DNA of 64,000 bases from Octopus sinensis. Lineage: Eukaryota. The notes beneath the pieces are model-generated. The model was not told the origin of the DNA, ran no database searches, and saw nothing but the letters and a program-made list of their open reading frames with translations. Within the stretch, counting starts at the first letter, position 1; every line of letters begins with the position of its first letter. The position numbers and the translations under genes are program-made. This document shows, in pieces, positions 26,996 to 40,553 of this stretch. The stretch is from contig NC_042999.1 of the NCBI RefSeq assembly GCF_006345805.1, positions 87,916,001 to 87,980,000 on the forward strand, given 5' to 3'.

Positions 26996-28476
26996 GTCCA
27001 CCATTTCGTTAATCGCAGCAGCTTCCAAGATTCACCATTAATTCAATTCTCAACTAAATTGCAAACTCTTAACAGTTTTAAAGAGGACACCTCCTCAGCT
27101 ACACTTTGGCATAAATAGTTTGAGGTTTAGTTCAGAAGAAAAAAAGTTACATCAAAATATTTGCGACCTCAAGGAGGAGGGGGCATTAAGGCAGGTATTA
27201 ATCTACAATTAACATAAACTTTTTAATTCTAAAATAAAAGTATACTTTTCTTCGGCTTAAATGATAGGAAATAAATGAGGAATTCAGAATTGCTAGTCAC
27301 ATTGAACAAAAATGAGTAGAAAAAGTTATGGGATCAAAAACCACGAAATTTTATGTCAGTAAGGAGGTAAGAAGTAACGCTTAAGGAATAAGAATAAAGA
27401 GTTTATTGCTAAAATGAGTTATAACACTCTAAGGCGTTGAGCTGGCAGAAACGTTACCGCGCTGGACCGGAATTATACCGGTATTTCACTTGTGTTTACA
27501 TTTTGAGTTCAAATTCCACCGAGGTCAACTTTTCAATTTGACGTACAGATTATTTAATTAGTTTTTCTTTTCTTTAACTAAACATTTTGAAATTTCTGAT
27601 ACTGGTACAATGTATCATATACAACAGGGTTTACACTAAACTTTTTTGACAAAATTTTGTAGTTTAGAAGTTATTTCGTAAAAAGTTATAGAGCGGCAAT
27701 GGACAAATTCGTGTTTGATAAGTGCAAACACACGTAACTCTCAGATTTTGACTTAATCTCTAACTTCTGCCGATGATATATATACATATTATACATATAT
27801 GTGTAAAACAATCTCATCACGCAATCAAAAACAATGAAAGAACCTCTACCTGGTCGCTCGACACGCTAAAAATAGCAGCCAATGTATCCCCCTATCTAAA
27901 TCACGCGCCCATTGTACGTAATGTCCTACATTATCCCTAAAAACTGAAAGCTGGAATGCCTTTGATGATAAATTTGCTGTATCATGATTGATAAGAAGCT
28001 AAATAACAACATTATGGTAAATTTCTATATTAACACCAGTACAATTTTCACTAAGGAAAAAAACAAACAATTGGATTTTTGCATGGAATGAAGTACCCTG
28101 ACCACCTAATATGCTGAAAATCCCTTATTTTCTTTCGGTAAAAAATGGGGATGAGGCGAGGGTGTATCCCCCCCCCAACTCTGGAATCATTGGAAATTTT
28201 TTTGCGTTGAATGAACTCCTGTGATCTCCTAATATGCTACAAAACCCTTTGGGGATGGGTAATATCAAATAATTCAATCAGAATATATATTTAAATCAAA
28301 CATGAAAACATTGAAATATTATATTTCAGTATTTTATCTTAAATTATTAATTGACACATTATTAATTATCTTATAACAGCAATGCCTGGAAAAGTCATGG
28401 ATTACATGGAGAAATGCGAGCTGAAAAGTAATATTCTTAAGATTATAAACCTGGAAAAGTACAGGTCAAGTTATTA

Positions 28477-28839
28477 CACCTGTAAAAGTACAGGAAATGC
28501 TATTACTTCTAGTAAAGTAAAGAATAAACTTTTTACTTAAAATATTGCGGCTAAAATTAAAATTTGAATATTAAAAAATATTTTATTATAGTTTACAAAT
28601 AACACTATACTTATTTAAGTAGAATTTGGCTAATTTACTACCTTAAATATAAACGAAGTGACTAATTAGACAAACTTACAAATTAGCTGAACAGTTTTGT
28701 ATAATAAATTTGAAAGATGAGAACTGTAAACAGTGATAAATTAGAAGAACTGGCATTCGTTGCTACAATATTTTAAGTAAAAAGTTTCTTATTCTTTACT
28801 TTACTTGAAGTAATAGTTTGTCCTATACTTTTACAGGTG
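28477..28839. mobile_element. MITE-like element with ~70-bp terminal inverted repeats
   Basis: cacctgtaaaagtacagg...gtaaagtaaagaataaactttttacttaaaatattg (28477-28547) is an imperfect reverse complement of 28766-28839. Confidence 0.65.
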
Positions 28840-28844
28840 CAAAA

Positions 28845-31800
28845 ACTTCTTCAGTTTCCTTGACAGCTTTGGTTCCCTCTTGTTCTCAGAGCACATGTCT
28901 TAGCTCTGACAATGCAACCTTCGCACTTGGCTTTGAAATATTGATCGAGGGCCAATCTCACTGCCAGCACGTTAGTTACAATGCCTTTCCTAAGCACCTA
29001 TTCTATTTCTTTCTATAGCTAAAAATCTACTAAACCTAACGGATTCTACTTTGATGGCCCTTTTTTAGGTTTTACCACTATTAATTGTCGACGATGGCCC
29101 CGTCAAAAATTTCTGAATTAACTCTTTAATCCGGTCTCTGTAAGCTTAGCACGCCTGGAGTGACGTATTCCGTTTCCAGTAGCCAACTCCTGTGGGTGGA
29201 AGTAGTTTGATGGATTTGGTAGCACTGTTGATATTGGGGGCCATTCTCCCTTGGTCTTATTATAGTCTTTGACCGGCCCTCAATCCAATAATCATATATA
29301 TCATAAACATCATTATCAAGAGCCTTTACATTGCGCAAAAACACATGGAGGAAGATGCTCAGAGTTTGTCACCAAACGATTAAGGTCACCCTTTTGACTA
29401 AACAATAAAAAAGCTATGGTGGGGAACAAGTTTTATTGTCTTCTCCTAATGATTAATGAGTTGGGCAGGCACAAGTGAAATATATATTGTTATCAGTGGC
29501 CACTTGATCAAATAAGGCAGGATGAGCCAAGCGCAAACGAGAACAGTTACCATTAACACCTCCATACGGGTTTCAACCAGGCTGACGTGACTCTTGAAAA
29601 ACCAGGATATCCATTACAAAATCATCATGGATTTGGTGGATTGTTGTACGGTTGGTTCCATTTAACTTGTGGGTACGTTTAATTGTGTTCTTCTCTAAAT
29701 CAGTCCAGTAGATAAAGTCTTTGAATTGGGAGATGCCACGTGGATATTGTAAATAACTGTCTATGATCACTTGTCTGTTTTAACTTAACATATCTGAAGA
29801 TTGGATACGTTTATTATCTAAATCACTCCAATAAAACCTATTGTCAGCATAGTCTATAGTCAACCCAGCAACGCGACCAAGATCAAATATTAAAACCTTT
29901 CGATTTTTGCCGTCTAATGAGGCGCTTTCCACCTTTGGCTTTTCTCCCCAATCTGTCCAGTACGTTATCCTTCAGGTGGATCCAATACTATTGAGCGTGG
30001 GTTGGATAGGTCCTCCCGATGCGGTTTGCCCATTTCCAAATTGGCAAATTCGGGAAATCCAGTCGGTACCTGTCAGACAGCTGAGGGTATCTGAGCAAGT
30101 TTGCGAGGCTTTTGCAACTCCCTTTCATATCGGCTAGCCCCACACAATCCAATTGTGCATCTAAGATGGCTTTGAAATCGCCCACTAACACTAAAGGCAG
30201 AGAAGTACAGAGGAAGACCTCCAGACGTTTGAAGAACTCCGGCTGTCCTGCACCTGTCGGTGTGTAAATAGCCTCCAGCCTGAAGGCCCCAACGTTACTA
30301 CCGCTCACGCCCGGGACCAGCAGCTTACCTTCTGGGTTCAAGAAGACTGACCTTATTTTGAAATCCAGACCTTTCCAAAACAATATCATTGTACCCCACT
30401 ACTCATTCCCCCGCCCCCGACACGGAGGTGCGTAGATCTCGTAGTCATCGAAAATGGGCATAAATGCTTGCAACTCAGTTCGTCTGGATTCAGTAATGAC
30501 TATTACATCTATTCCTCGTGACCTGAGGTCATTGAGTAGGTGACCTTGTTTCCAAGGGTACCCCAGGCCACGTACGTCTATTGAGTATGACCATTTGTGT
30601 GGCTGGTAAGGAGAAAAACGGAGAGGACTACTTACCGTTAGCACTCTGGGATGGGAGCGGCGGGGCAGATGTATCGTTCCTGAAGTGGAGTGTGGTAGTC
30701 TACAGAGGCTCCAGGACTTTCGTGTTGAAGACTCCAACCGCCGCCTGTGGAAATTTGGATTTTATGTTGATGTATGTATGTTGCGATGTTCGAGGTATCA
30801 GTATGTATAGTGGCGGTGTGTTATCCGTGGGGAAAAGAAAGTCAGTCATTTTCATGTCTGTATTTTTCTTTACGCATAATAGTAAGTTTGTGTTCTTTGT
30901 GTTTCTGGCAGTGAGTTTTGTAGTGTTTTTGTTATCTTCGTTTACTTTTTGTGTTGACCCTGTTGTGCCTTCTACTGTTGCCTATGTCTGTGGTGTTTGT
31001 AGTGGTGGTGTTGGTGAAGGTGTTAGAAGCATGGGTATTATTGTTGTTGTTTTCGGGTGATTTTCATTGTTATTTTTTTAGTACTGGTTGTTTATTTGCT
31101 AGTGTATTGTTGTGCATTTTTCTTAGTCCTTGACATGTGACGTCTGTCCACTCAATTCTGTCTCTCCGCACGACATGTCTGAGTGGCCAGAGTTGGGAAA
31201 GGGTAGTTCCAGTGGGTCGAAATTTGCTGATGTTCTTTGTTCCTTTGGCAAGAGCTGTGTTGGTGTTTTTGCAGGCGCTGTGATGGTGGTGGCTGTGGTC
31301 AGCACCTCTTTGGTGTTGGCGTTATTTTCTCTTGTGTAGTTGTTGTTGTTGGTGTTTTTGCAGGAGCCCTCTCTGCTTTCATTTCATGGGATTTCTTCTC
31401 TTTTGGGGGTTGCCTGTGTCGTTGGAATTGCTTCATTTCTTGTGGTGTGGGTGGTGCTTGTGTCAAGGGGGTATTGCCCTCCTGTTTTAGTTGTGGACAG
31501 AAGGCTTTCAGGTGGTTATTCAGTTCGCAATGATGACGTCTTGGCCTTCTGCCTTCAACTGTGACGTTCAGCATAGTTCCATTTGGAAGGCTGAGTTGGT
31601 CAGGAATTTGTTCGAAGATGTCTTGGTTTATTTGGACCATTATTTGTAATTCCTGACCAGTCCAGTTGTTGTTTCCTTGTTTATCGACTTGGATGATTCT
31701 GATTTATCCTCCAAGTCAAGGAAGATGGCCGCGACAATCCAGCTAGTGTTCATATCTGGTGGTATCTCCAGTATTTTTTTTTATCTTGGAGACGCGCCGT

Positions 31801-32700
31801 CTCAGTTAAGTTGGAACTAGGACAAGTTCACTGTTTCTCAGCTGGGCTGTTGAGTGCTGTTTTGCTACGTCTTCTGTAACAAATCTAACTTCAATTGTGC
31901 CATATTTCTTACCACTTGCCAGGTAAGTTACGCCTTTCCAAATGGGTTACAAGAATTTTTCAACTGCTTGCTTTGTGGCAGTTTCCATACGTTTAGTTTT
32001 TAATGATATAGTTTTGCACACTTTAGTATGTTTGTTAGTTTTCCCTATAATCTTTGGTGGTGTGTGTATCGTAACACATCTTCCGGTTTTTCTTTTTAAA
32101 TGTTTCTATAGTCTTTGAGAGATTCTACAGAAAGATTTATAAATTCCTTGCTTTTTGCTATTGAAGCAAAACCGGCTGTTTAATGCATTGGGTTGCTCTG
32201 GTTGTTGGGTGTTCAATATGTTAGTGTTAGTGCTGGTAGTGAGAGGGCTTGAATTCACTGGTGTTGGGACGCTAGCAACGTCCATTAGCTGAATTTCCAT
32301 GCTTTTTTCCTCTTCTTTCTCGCCATTCTTTTCTTCTTTGTCCTTCTGTTGCTCAGCGTTGCACGTGCTAGCAAGACTTATCTCGTCCCTTTCTCTGCCT
32401 TTTAAGGCGCGGAGAGGGAGGAGACATTTAAGTTTTGCACTTTTTTTGGCTTTTCTTCCGAAAGCAGAGGGGGGAAAGTCAAAAAGAAAGGAAGGAAAAA
32501 CACTCCTCTCCGAGGACATTTTTACAAATTTTAAAAATCGAAAAATGAAACAAATTGAGATTTTAAATTGAAAATTCACCCCAAAATGGGACAAAACCCG
32601 CCTAACCGCTCAGTTCAGCAGGGGTCCAGTCGGCCTGGCCACAGAAATGTAAAACATTTTCAGATCTTACAGCTCACGAACACGTCCTTCCTCTTTGGAA
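28845..32700 (-). mobile_element. L1/Tx1-like LINE: 5' UTR, ORF1, ORF2 endonuclease and linker; 3'-truncated, degenerate, with an internal LRP5/6 insert
   Basis: ORF1 with GKKYGTIEVRF; APE endonuclease motifs IDVRGL...GIDVIVITE, LVLVGDFKAILD, SDRYR...W...RTY. After the insert it resumes GYWKRNTSL...YRDRIKELIQ...KRAIKVES...LALDQYFKAKCEGCIVRA. Confidence 0.88.
29192..30004 (-). pseudogene. LRP5/6: Intronless LRP5/6 (arrow-like Wnt co-receptor) fragment: end of YWTD propeller 3, EGF3, start of propeller 4
   Basis: NPRSIVLDPPEG..YWTDW..PKVESASLDGKNRKVLIFDLGRVAGLTIDYADNRFYWSDLDNKRIQSSDML*NRQVIIDSYLQYPRGISQFKDFIYWTDLEKNTIKRTHKLNGTNRTTIHQIHDDFVMDILVFQESRQPGWNP..NGNCSRL.LAHP...FTCACPTH..LGEDNKTCSP..SFLLFSQK..LNRLV...LRNVKALD...YWIEGRSKTI.R..ENG. 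Colinear with LRP5/6 as I recall it; has stops and frameshifts. Confidence 0.9.
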
Positions 32701-32717
32701 TTCACTAGCAGAGTTTG

Positions 32718-32733
32718 AATAATAATAATAATA

Positions 32734-32777
<44 letters not shown>

Positions 32778-33283
32778 TACATTGTTTTGTCTTGGTATAA
32801 AAGATGGGCTACAGCAAATATTCTGCTCAATACCACAGATTTGCTTGTCAGTTGTTTGACCTTAACCAGTTGAGCATGTCCCTTAGTGGCTGACGATATG
32901 TGCATCTCTGATCACGAGTAGAAGTAGTGGGGGAGCATCATAACCCTGTGTTGAGAGGAATCTTTGTGGTTTGGATAATTCACCTCTGGAAACATAGATA
33001 TTTTGTTCAGCAGCCTTAAACAACCCTTGTTCAGGGACCTTTTAAGTGGGATGGGTTACTCGACCAGAAGAAAATTATAATTGGGCCTCACCTGCAAGGT
33101 CATGTGCTGTTTATCTTGATATGAGATCACCATGTGGTGCACATATAGTTGTGATGCATGTGCCTGGTGTACCCTTATCAGACGGGTAGTCATGATGGGT
33201 ATACTGGGATTCGTATATTTTACCCCAGTGTCACTTTGATGGCATGCACTACTCTCTCACTCAATAATAATAATAATAATAAT
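32718..33283 (+). mobile_element. Interspersed element (body 32777-33262) flanked on both sides by (AAT)n
   Basis: Second, truncated copy at 4931-5150 with the same 3' end ctctctcactc-(aat)n. Confidence 0.8.
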
Positions 33284-34343
33284 CAATATTCACGAAAAAG
33301 TGATAATTAAGAAATAATCTATCTGGCAACGACAGTGAAATGGAGCAAGCTAACACAAAGATATAATTGCAAGAAATAATTTTAAAACCTAATTACATAA
33401 CATATACTGAAATAATTCGTCGATAAAATATGCTAATGTACATGGTTATTAGAATATTACTCATTGAAATATATTCTGATACACTGAAATAATTTTGTTA
33501 TTAATTTAGAACTAAATCCAGGAGAACGGGTTATACATAGCGAAGAATATAATACAAGAAAAACTTGATAAACTAGAAACACTTAAGCAAGTATTTCCCA
33601 TACAATAATTAGCTTTACTATGAAGCCCAAACAAGCAATAAACACTTTTTTGTATAATATAAACAACAAACCCACCATAAACCAAGAAACTAAGAGCCCC
33701 AAAAGAAGTTCAACCTTCGGAGAATATTTTCCAGTTTTACCCGAACGATCTTAGCACAAAAGTCGCATTTTTTTCTGAAACTGAGAGCCCTTGCCGTACA
33801 CTCCTGCACACATATCAGCTTCACAACATATACCATATTGCGCCACAATTACTTTTCCAAAACAATCTTGCTCTATTTATTATTTTCCCAAAACTTAATC
33901 AAAGAAGAGAAAATCGCATAAACCTCAAAGAATAGCTACATAAATTTTTTCAATGAATACCATGAAAACTTCCTCTACCTGGATACATTTCTGTAAAGAA
34001 CAACTCTGCACTTGAGTGTGCTGTGATATCACAAAACTTGATTTAAAAGTAATTTAATAGACTCTATCAATTGGGACTATGATGTTAGGCATAGTCTAAG
34101 CTAATTTTAGACGGAACGTATCTAAGTTTACGTCAGTTTATATACAAATTTCGATCACAGTAAGAAAAAATTTCGATATTACAGAAGAAAGATTCTTGGT
34201 TTTGTATCACGATTTGATTCTGGTAAGTTCAGAGAACCAGAGAAACTGAAAACGCAATCATCTTTGAGAGGTGAGTCTTGGTTGGAATCCATACACAAAT
34301 ATATACATACAAAAATACATACATACATACATACATACATACA

Positions 34344-34379
<36 letters not shown>

Positions 34380-34728
34380 CATGTATACCCGAAAATTTTA
34401 TTTAACTAAAAGTAATGCAGAAAATATGTTAACAACACAGAAAACTTTGGCTTATGTTGTCTGTTTGAAAAGATAATCACACCCAACTTTCCATGCAGAC
34501 ATCGTCATGTGTGTGTGTGTGTGTGTGTGTGTGTGAGTGTACGTGTGTGTGTGTGTGTGTGTTTGCGTGCATGTCGTTATAAAAATTCATTCACATGATG
34601 TCAAATTTGGACATTTTTCATATAAGGAGAGTGTATTAAGAAAATGTTTGTGTGTGTATGTGTGTGTGAGCATGAAAATATATGTGCACACATATGCACA
34701 TACACACAAACAGACATATATATATGTG

Positions 34729-34759
<31 letters not shown>

Positions 34760-35144
34760 ATATGTTTGTTAGTATGTATGATTGTTTGTATATGTTTGGG
34801 TATATGTATGCTTTGATTCAAAAATTCTTTTCACAAAGTTTATGACGGAACAATATGACAACAAACTTCACGATCTTTGTATGGTTAGAAACATAGATGA
34901 TTGGTAGCATGACTTGCTAAAACACAAAAGCCATATTGTCAAAACGTCAGTGTCCTCTCGGCATAATCCTCAATTTGGCATATTATAGATGGTCTTGGGA
35001 ACGTTACTGCTTGTTGTAGCAATTTCAAACTTATTCTTCGTTGTCAACACAACAATGCTAATGCTGATGATTATAAGGTATCGAAAAAAAAAGGATCCGA
35101 AGATATTCAACATTTACTGCAGTATACAGGCGGGCTGAAGGAAA

Positions 35145-35540
35145 AACACATGACATGTAATTTTTATTTTACTTGTTTTAGTCATTTGACTGCGGCCATG
35201 CTCGAGCACTACTTTTAGTCGAACAAATCGACTTATTCTGAGTAAGCCTGGTACTTATTCTATCGTCTCTTTTGCTGAACCGCTAAGTTACGGGGACATA
35301 AACGCACCATCATCGATTATCAAGCAACGAGGTTGGTGGAACAAACATAGACACACAAATACATACATATGTATAAATAACGGGCTTCTTTCAGTTTCCG
35401 TCTACCAAATTTTCTCACAAGGCTTTGGTCGGCCCGAGGCTATTGTAGAAGATACTTCCCAAGGTGCCACGCAGTGGAGCTGAACCCAGAACCATGTGGT
35501 TGGGAAGCAAGCTTTCTATCACACAGCCTCTCCTGAGCCT
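35145..35540 (-). mobile_element. tRNA-headed SINE
   Basis: Homologous along its length to 11628-12030. Confidence 0.85.
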
Positions 35541-35965
35541 GATAAGTTTCAAGTGTTTCCCACTTATGAGGTCCAGTTGACCAAAACAACGTGATAAGGG
35601 AATTCCAGCGCCCATGATACATGAATTTCGTCTGCTACAATCTATATGTGTGGTTTCATTAATGAAATGCCTATATGGGAGGATCAACCAAGGCTAATAA
35701 CGCATTATTCGATGATCTACCAAGGCTAATAACGCATTATTCGATGATCTACCAAAGCGTCCATGTTCAGTTTTGATATTAATATTGCTTAATATGTACA
35801 TATAAATATATATCATATAGAAGGCATTACTAAACATATATGCCACACGCTAGAAGGGACTCTTAAAGTCAAAACTACCAAAATAAATAAACACATCGTG
35901 CCGAATGCAACTCTCGAAGCAAGTCATTTAAAAACAGAATTTAGCTGCATATATATATATGTATG

Positions 35966-36006
<41 letters not shown>

Positions 36007-36138
36007 ACACAATCGTTTCATTCACAAATTGAATTCGGTGATACCAGTTGCGGATTCTAGCTCGCTCTGATACTGAGTGGAGTTGGTGCCTTCTGGTATC
36101 TCAAAATTCAATATATAATCATTTATGATTATAGTATT

Positions 36139-36250
36139 CTACGCTGAAGAGAAAAGAAGTTTCGGTAAGATAGAATTATTTATTATTTAATATTTAATAT
36201 TTAATTCTTATGCTTTCCTTAAAACTTGATTTCGAAACGTACGTCCGTGG
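36139..36250 (+). ncRNA. Type I hammerhead ribozyme, canonical core, predicted cleavage after C36245
   Basis: Stem I CTACG/CGTGG; core CTGAAGA; stem II GAAA/TTTC extended by AAGTTT/AAACTT with a long AT-rich hairpin loop; GAAA; palindromic stem III ACGTACGT; triplet GTC. Confidence 0.82.
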
Positions 36251-36745
36251 ATAACTAAAAAAATGTATGATAGATTGCAGTCAATTCATTCTCTCTTACC
36301 TGTTTGTGTCTGCCTTCCAAATGCTGTTTTTACTGAGATCTCCCTTTTTAGTAGAAGAAATAGCTATAACCCTTTGACTGCTATTTCTAAATTCGGTATG
36401 TGGTAAGGCAACTCGTTGCTAAACCCTTATTGCTTAGTATTACTTAAATTTTCCTCGAATGAGGCTTTTACATGCCGAAGACTACTTGGTGTAATTGATA
36501 ATTTTTCCAAATTAATTAATTTCACCCTTCATTATTACGGATAACCATATTTTATCTCAGTAGATGACCACAGCATCTTGTTTTGGCTACACGCGGGTGG
36601 GAAGGGGCTGTTGACACAATCGTTTCATTCACAAATTGAATTCGGTGATACCAGTTGCGGATTCTAGCTCGCTCTGATACTGAGTGGAGTTGGTGCCTTC
36701 TGGTATCTCAAAATTCAATATATAATCATTTATGATTATAGTATT

Positions 36746-36857
36746 CTACGCTGAAGAGAAAAGAAGTTTCGGTAAGATAGAATTATTTATTATTTAATAT
36801 TTAATATTTAATTCTTATGCTTTCCTTAAAACTTGATTTCGAAACGTACGTCCGTGG
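36746..36857 (+). ncRNA. Second identical type I hammerhead, predicted cleavage after C36852
   Basis: Same fold as 36139-36250, 607 nt downstream. Confidence 0.82.
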
Positions 36858-37042
36858 ATAACTAAAAAAATGTATGATAGATTGCAGTCAATTCATTCTC
36901 TCTTACCTGTTTGTGTCTGCCTTCCAAATGCTGTTTTTACTGAGATCTCCCTTTTTAGTAGAAGAAATAGCTATAACCCTTGACTGCTATTTCTAAATTC
37001 GGTATGTGGTAAGGCAACTCGTTGCTAAACCCTTATTGCTTA

Positions 37043-37427
<385 letters not shown>

Positions 37428-38285
37428 TGAGGTGATATAAAAAATTCCTGGACTTCGTTACGTTTAATGAAATAAATAACTTATTTGCCTAAGTGTTGGA
37501 ATCATCTCCTTGGAGTAATCACTCTTACGCAGCGATAGATCGGTCCCACAGTTCCTGCTACTTTCGGAATACGGCCTGGAAGTCGTTTACCATAAGTGAG
37601 TCGAGGGCCTTCTGCGATTCGCTCAGGATCTCGACAATGGTGTTAAAACGCCGATCTTTAGGCTGCATTTTCATCTTGGGGAAGAAAAGAAAGTTCGCAT
37701 GTGCTAAATATGGCGAATAGGGTGGGTTCGGAAGCGATACCATGTTGTTTTGGGCGAGGAGCTCATGAGGGTGTAGTGCTTGACGATAGGGTGCATTGTG
37801 GACATCGATAATCCACAGATGCTGTCGCATTCGCAGAATGTCTGCCGTCAAACGCTTTAAAACATCGCTATAGAAACTTCGATTGACGGTCTGCCTTGGC
37901 GGACGAATTCTTGATGCACAATACCACATCACAAGGTTTGACAGTCGTGGCAGGTCTTCCAGATCTCTTATCATCTCCCAAGGTCTTTCTCCCTCTTTTG
38001 ATGTGCCCGGTCAACTCGAAACATTGCGTATGACCCATTGCCTCTTCACCTTAAACTAACCGAAGCATGCTCAAATGTCTCTGTAGCAGATTTCCCAAGT
38101 TTAACGTAAAATTTCACGCTGACCTCAACAACACAAATTTCACAACTGACGAAGTAAATACAGCGATGTCACTCGGCATACTGCCTTATGAAGGTCACTG
38201 CTAGCTCTCAATGCGTACACAACGATGTACTGCTATCTGTTGGCGTGCAGCAGAATTCATCCGGGAACTTTGTGATACCACTTCG
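37428..38285 (-). mobile_element. Mariner element, internally deleted and degenerate
   Basis: Imperfect TA-flanked TIRs; ORF 37558..37974 has HNAPYR...LPNPPYSPYLAHANFLFFPKMK. Confidence 0.85.
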
Positions 38286-39644
38286 TATGTATGTATAGGT
38301 ATATAAAACAACAATTACAGTATTCGTTACTCCCCGAAGTTCCTTTTTAAGAGAATTAGCTCATACTGTTTGAATAGCCAACTAAGTTTCTAGGGTATTA
38401 AATGTATTACATTCATTTAATCTTTTAAAACCACATGTCCTTGTAATTTGATCAAGATAATCTAATGTACACAAAGAAAAGCCATTAAGAATATCAGTCT
38501 AGTCTACGCACGCTATAAACAGGACTCTTGTTATTTTGTATTTTCACCTTCATTTAAGCGTTTTTACGTTTTCCTTTTACTAAAACTTTGACTTACATCC
38601 CCAACACTAATAGGTTTGTTGGGTGAAAGAAATTTTATATGATTCTATCTAACCATATTTGTACTGGAATTTCTAATCTGCGACTATCGATTCCTTAGCC
38701 GCTATCAATTCCTTGATATGCAGATCTCATTCGTTCCATATTTGGAAATTGCTCAACCTTTCCAATACTGAACTGTAACCCTGTCGCTTGACATTCCTGT
38801 TTCTAATCATTTACGTGTTAGTTTTTTTATCATCGTTTAGAGAGTATGATACACTATGAAACCCAGCGGAACACTTCCAGATCCTAACTTAGCTCTACAT
38901 TTCAAAACACAACTTTTTCCATATTGTAGATTTATATTCTTTGAGCTACAAAATAAAATCTTTGCAGTACTTCAATTTCGTGGTCTATTGAGAGTTACTT
39001 CAAAATCTTTTCTTTCCTAAGCTTCTTACTCGAATTCCCTGTTTTCTGATAATGAAGGTTGAAAGGGTGAAAGATACGCTTGAGATATTTCATATTTGAC
39101 AGTTCTTTGGAAAGTAAATATAATTCTAGTTAATATTCATTGTAATTTACGTTATTCCAGCTTTGATCAACTTGTCTGTACCCAGAAGTACATTATCGAT
39201 TGTGTCCTTCTTTTAAGATGGTGTGATTTAGGGAGATTTTTATTTAGTAGTTAAAGCAACTACGCAACTTTTAACTAGTTACCTCTTTTAAATGGAACAG
39301 ATGAATTTAACGCATTCTGTTAAATAAATGCTAAGAAATAGCAATTGCATTGTGAACATTTTAGAAAGGGTTTGATTAGTTTTAATGAGTATAAGTTTTG
39401 CTCAGACTGATTGAGATGTATTATATATATTCGGCGATTTGTTATAAGAGATGGCGGAGATTTTCTTGTCTAAATTATTTGATATTTATGAACCCACATT
39501 GGAAAGTGGAAATTGCAATCTCTCTACCTTTCCCACTGTTTCTCTTTTTCTTTCTTTCTCCCTCTTTCTATATATGTATATGTATATACATATATACATA
39601 TATATCAACATCAGAAGTATATGTATACACGGATACACACACAT

Positions 39645-39935
39645 CTGAAGGCTCGTGGCTTAGTGGTTATGGTATTCGGCTCTCAATCTTAAGGTCGTGA
39701 GTTTCATTCCCGTCACCGCGTTGTGCCCTTGTGCAAGACACTTTATTTAATGTTGCTCCAACGATGAACTGTACTTATAGTTCAAATGGCCAGCTTTGTC
39801 GCATCCTGTGTCACATTGGGTCTTCCACCGAACTACGTATGCAAATGCCATAAACCTGCTGTTCCGTCGATCGTATTGACTGGAACACTCGCCGTCGTAA
39901 AACGACGGACAAGTTAGTCCATGTACGTTCACAAT
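39645..39935 (+). mobile_element. tRNA-headed SINE
   Basis: gaaggctcgtggcttagtggtta...gtcgtgagtttcattccc head; related to 22076. Confidence 0.75.
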
Positions 39936-40176
39936 TGCTAAATAATTTGGTATCATCTATGTTTGTAACTTATTATCAAGGTTAAATGTAACATATAAGA
40001 AAATGCGAAACGTAAGGTTTTTACCGTAATTTGTAGGATTAATTCCTTGAAAAACTTAAATAGGTTTCCTTCTGAATTTAATTGTTAGTTGTCAGGTGAT
40101 TTTAAAGATGAAGAAGATGAAGAAGCCACCATGTATATATTTATATACATATACATACGTACACACATATATATAC

Positions 40177-40252
<76 letters not shown>

Positions 40253-40480
40253 ATAAAATATTAGGGAATAAATCCAAACTTACAGGGAAAAATCAGATTT
40301 AGGATTAAATCCAATTTTATAGTAAAATATATTATATTATATTATATTAAATTAGAGATAAAACCACTATTAGGCAAATCAAACAATGAAAAACATAAGC
40401 CAATACATAAAATTAATTAATTTATATTATTTTAAATATATATCAAAAGTATTAAAAGTTTAATAAAAGATAAAGAGTAA

Positions 40481-40553
40481 AACACTACGATCGTTTCATG
40501 GCTGTACAATTCGTAATAATTCGAGTTATGGTTACAGTCAATCTTCAGGTTAA
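40481..40553 (-). ncRNA. Degenerate hammerhead-like motif in a probable Penelope pLTR remnant
   Basis: CTGAAGA-T-TGACTGTA...TACAGCCA-T-GAAA-CGATCG-T-A-GTGTT; palindromic stem III; stem I has only 2 bp left. Confidence 0.5.

Noticed and set aside
29192-30004. Functional LRP5/6 gene exon
   Set aside because: Multiple stops and frameshifts, no splice sites at the ends, and flanked by LINE sequence.
35682-35755. 32-bp direct repeat resembling a CRISPR repeat
   Set aside because: About 2.3 head-to-tail copies with no spacers, eukaryotic context and no cas genes; a simple local duplication.
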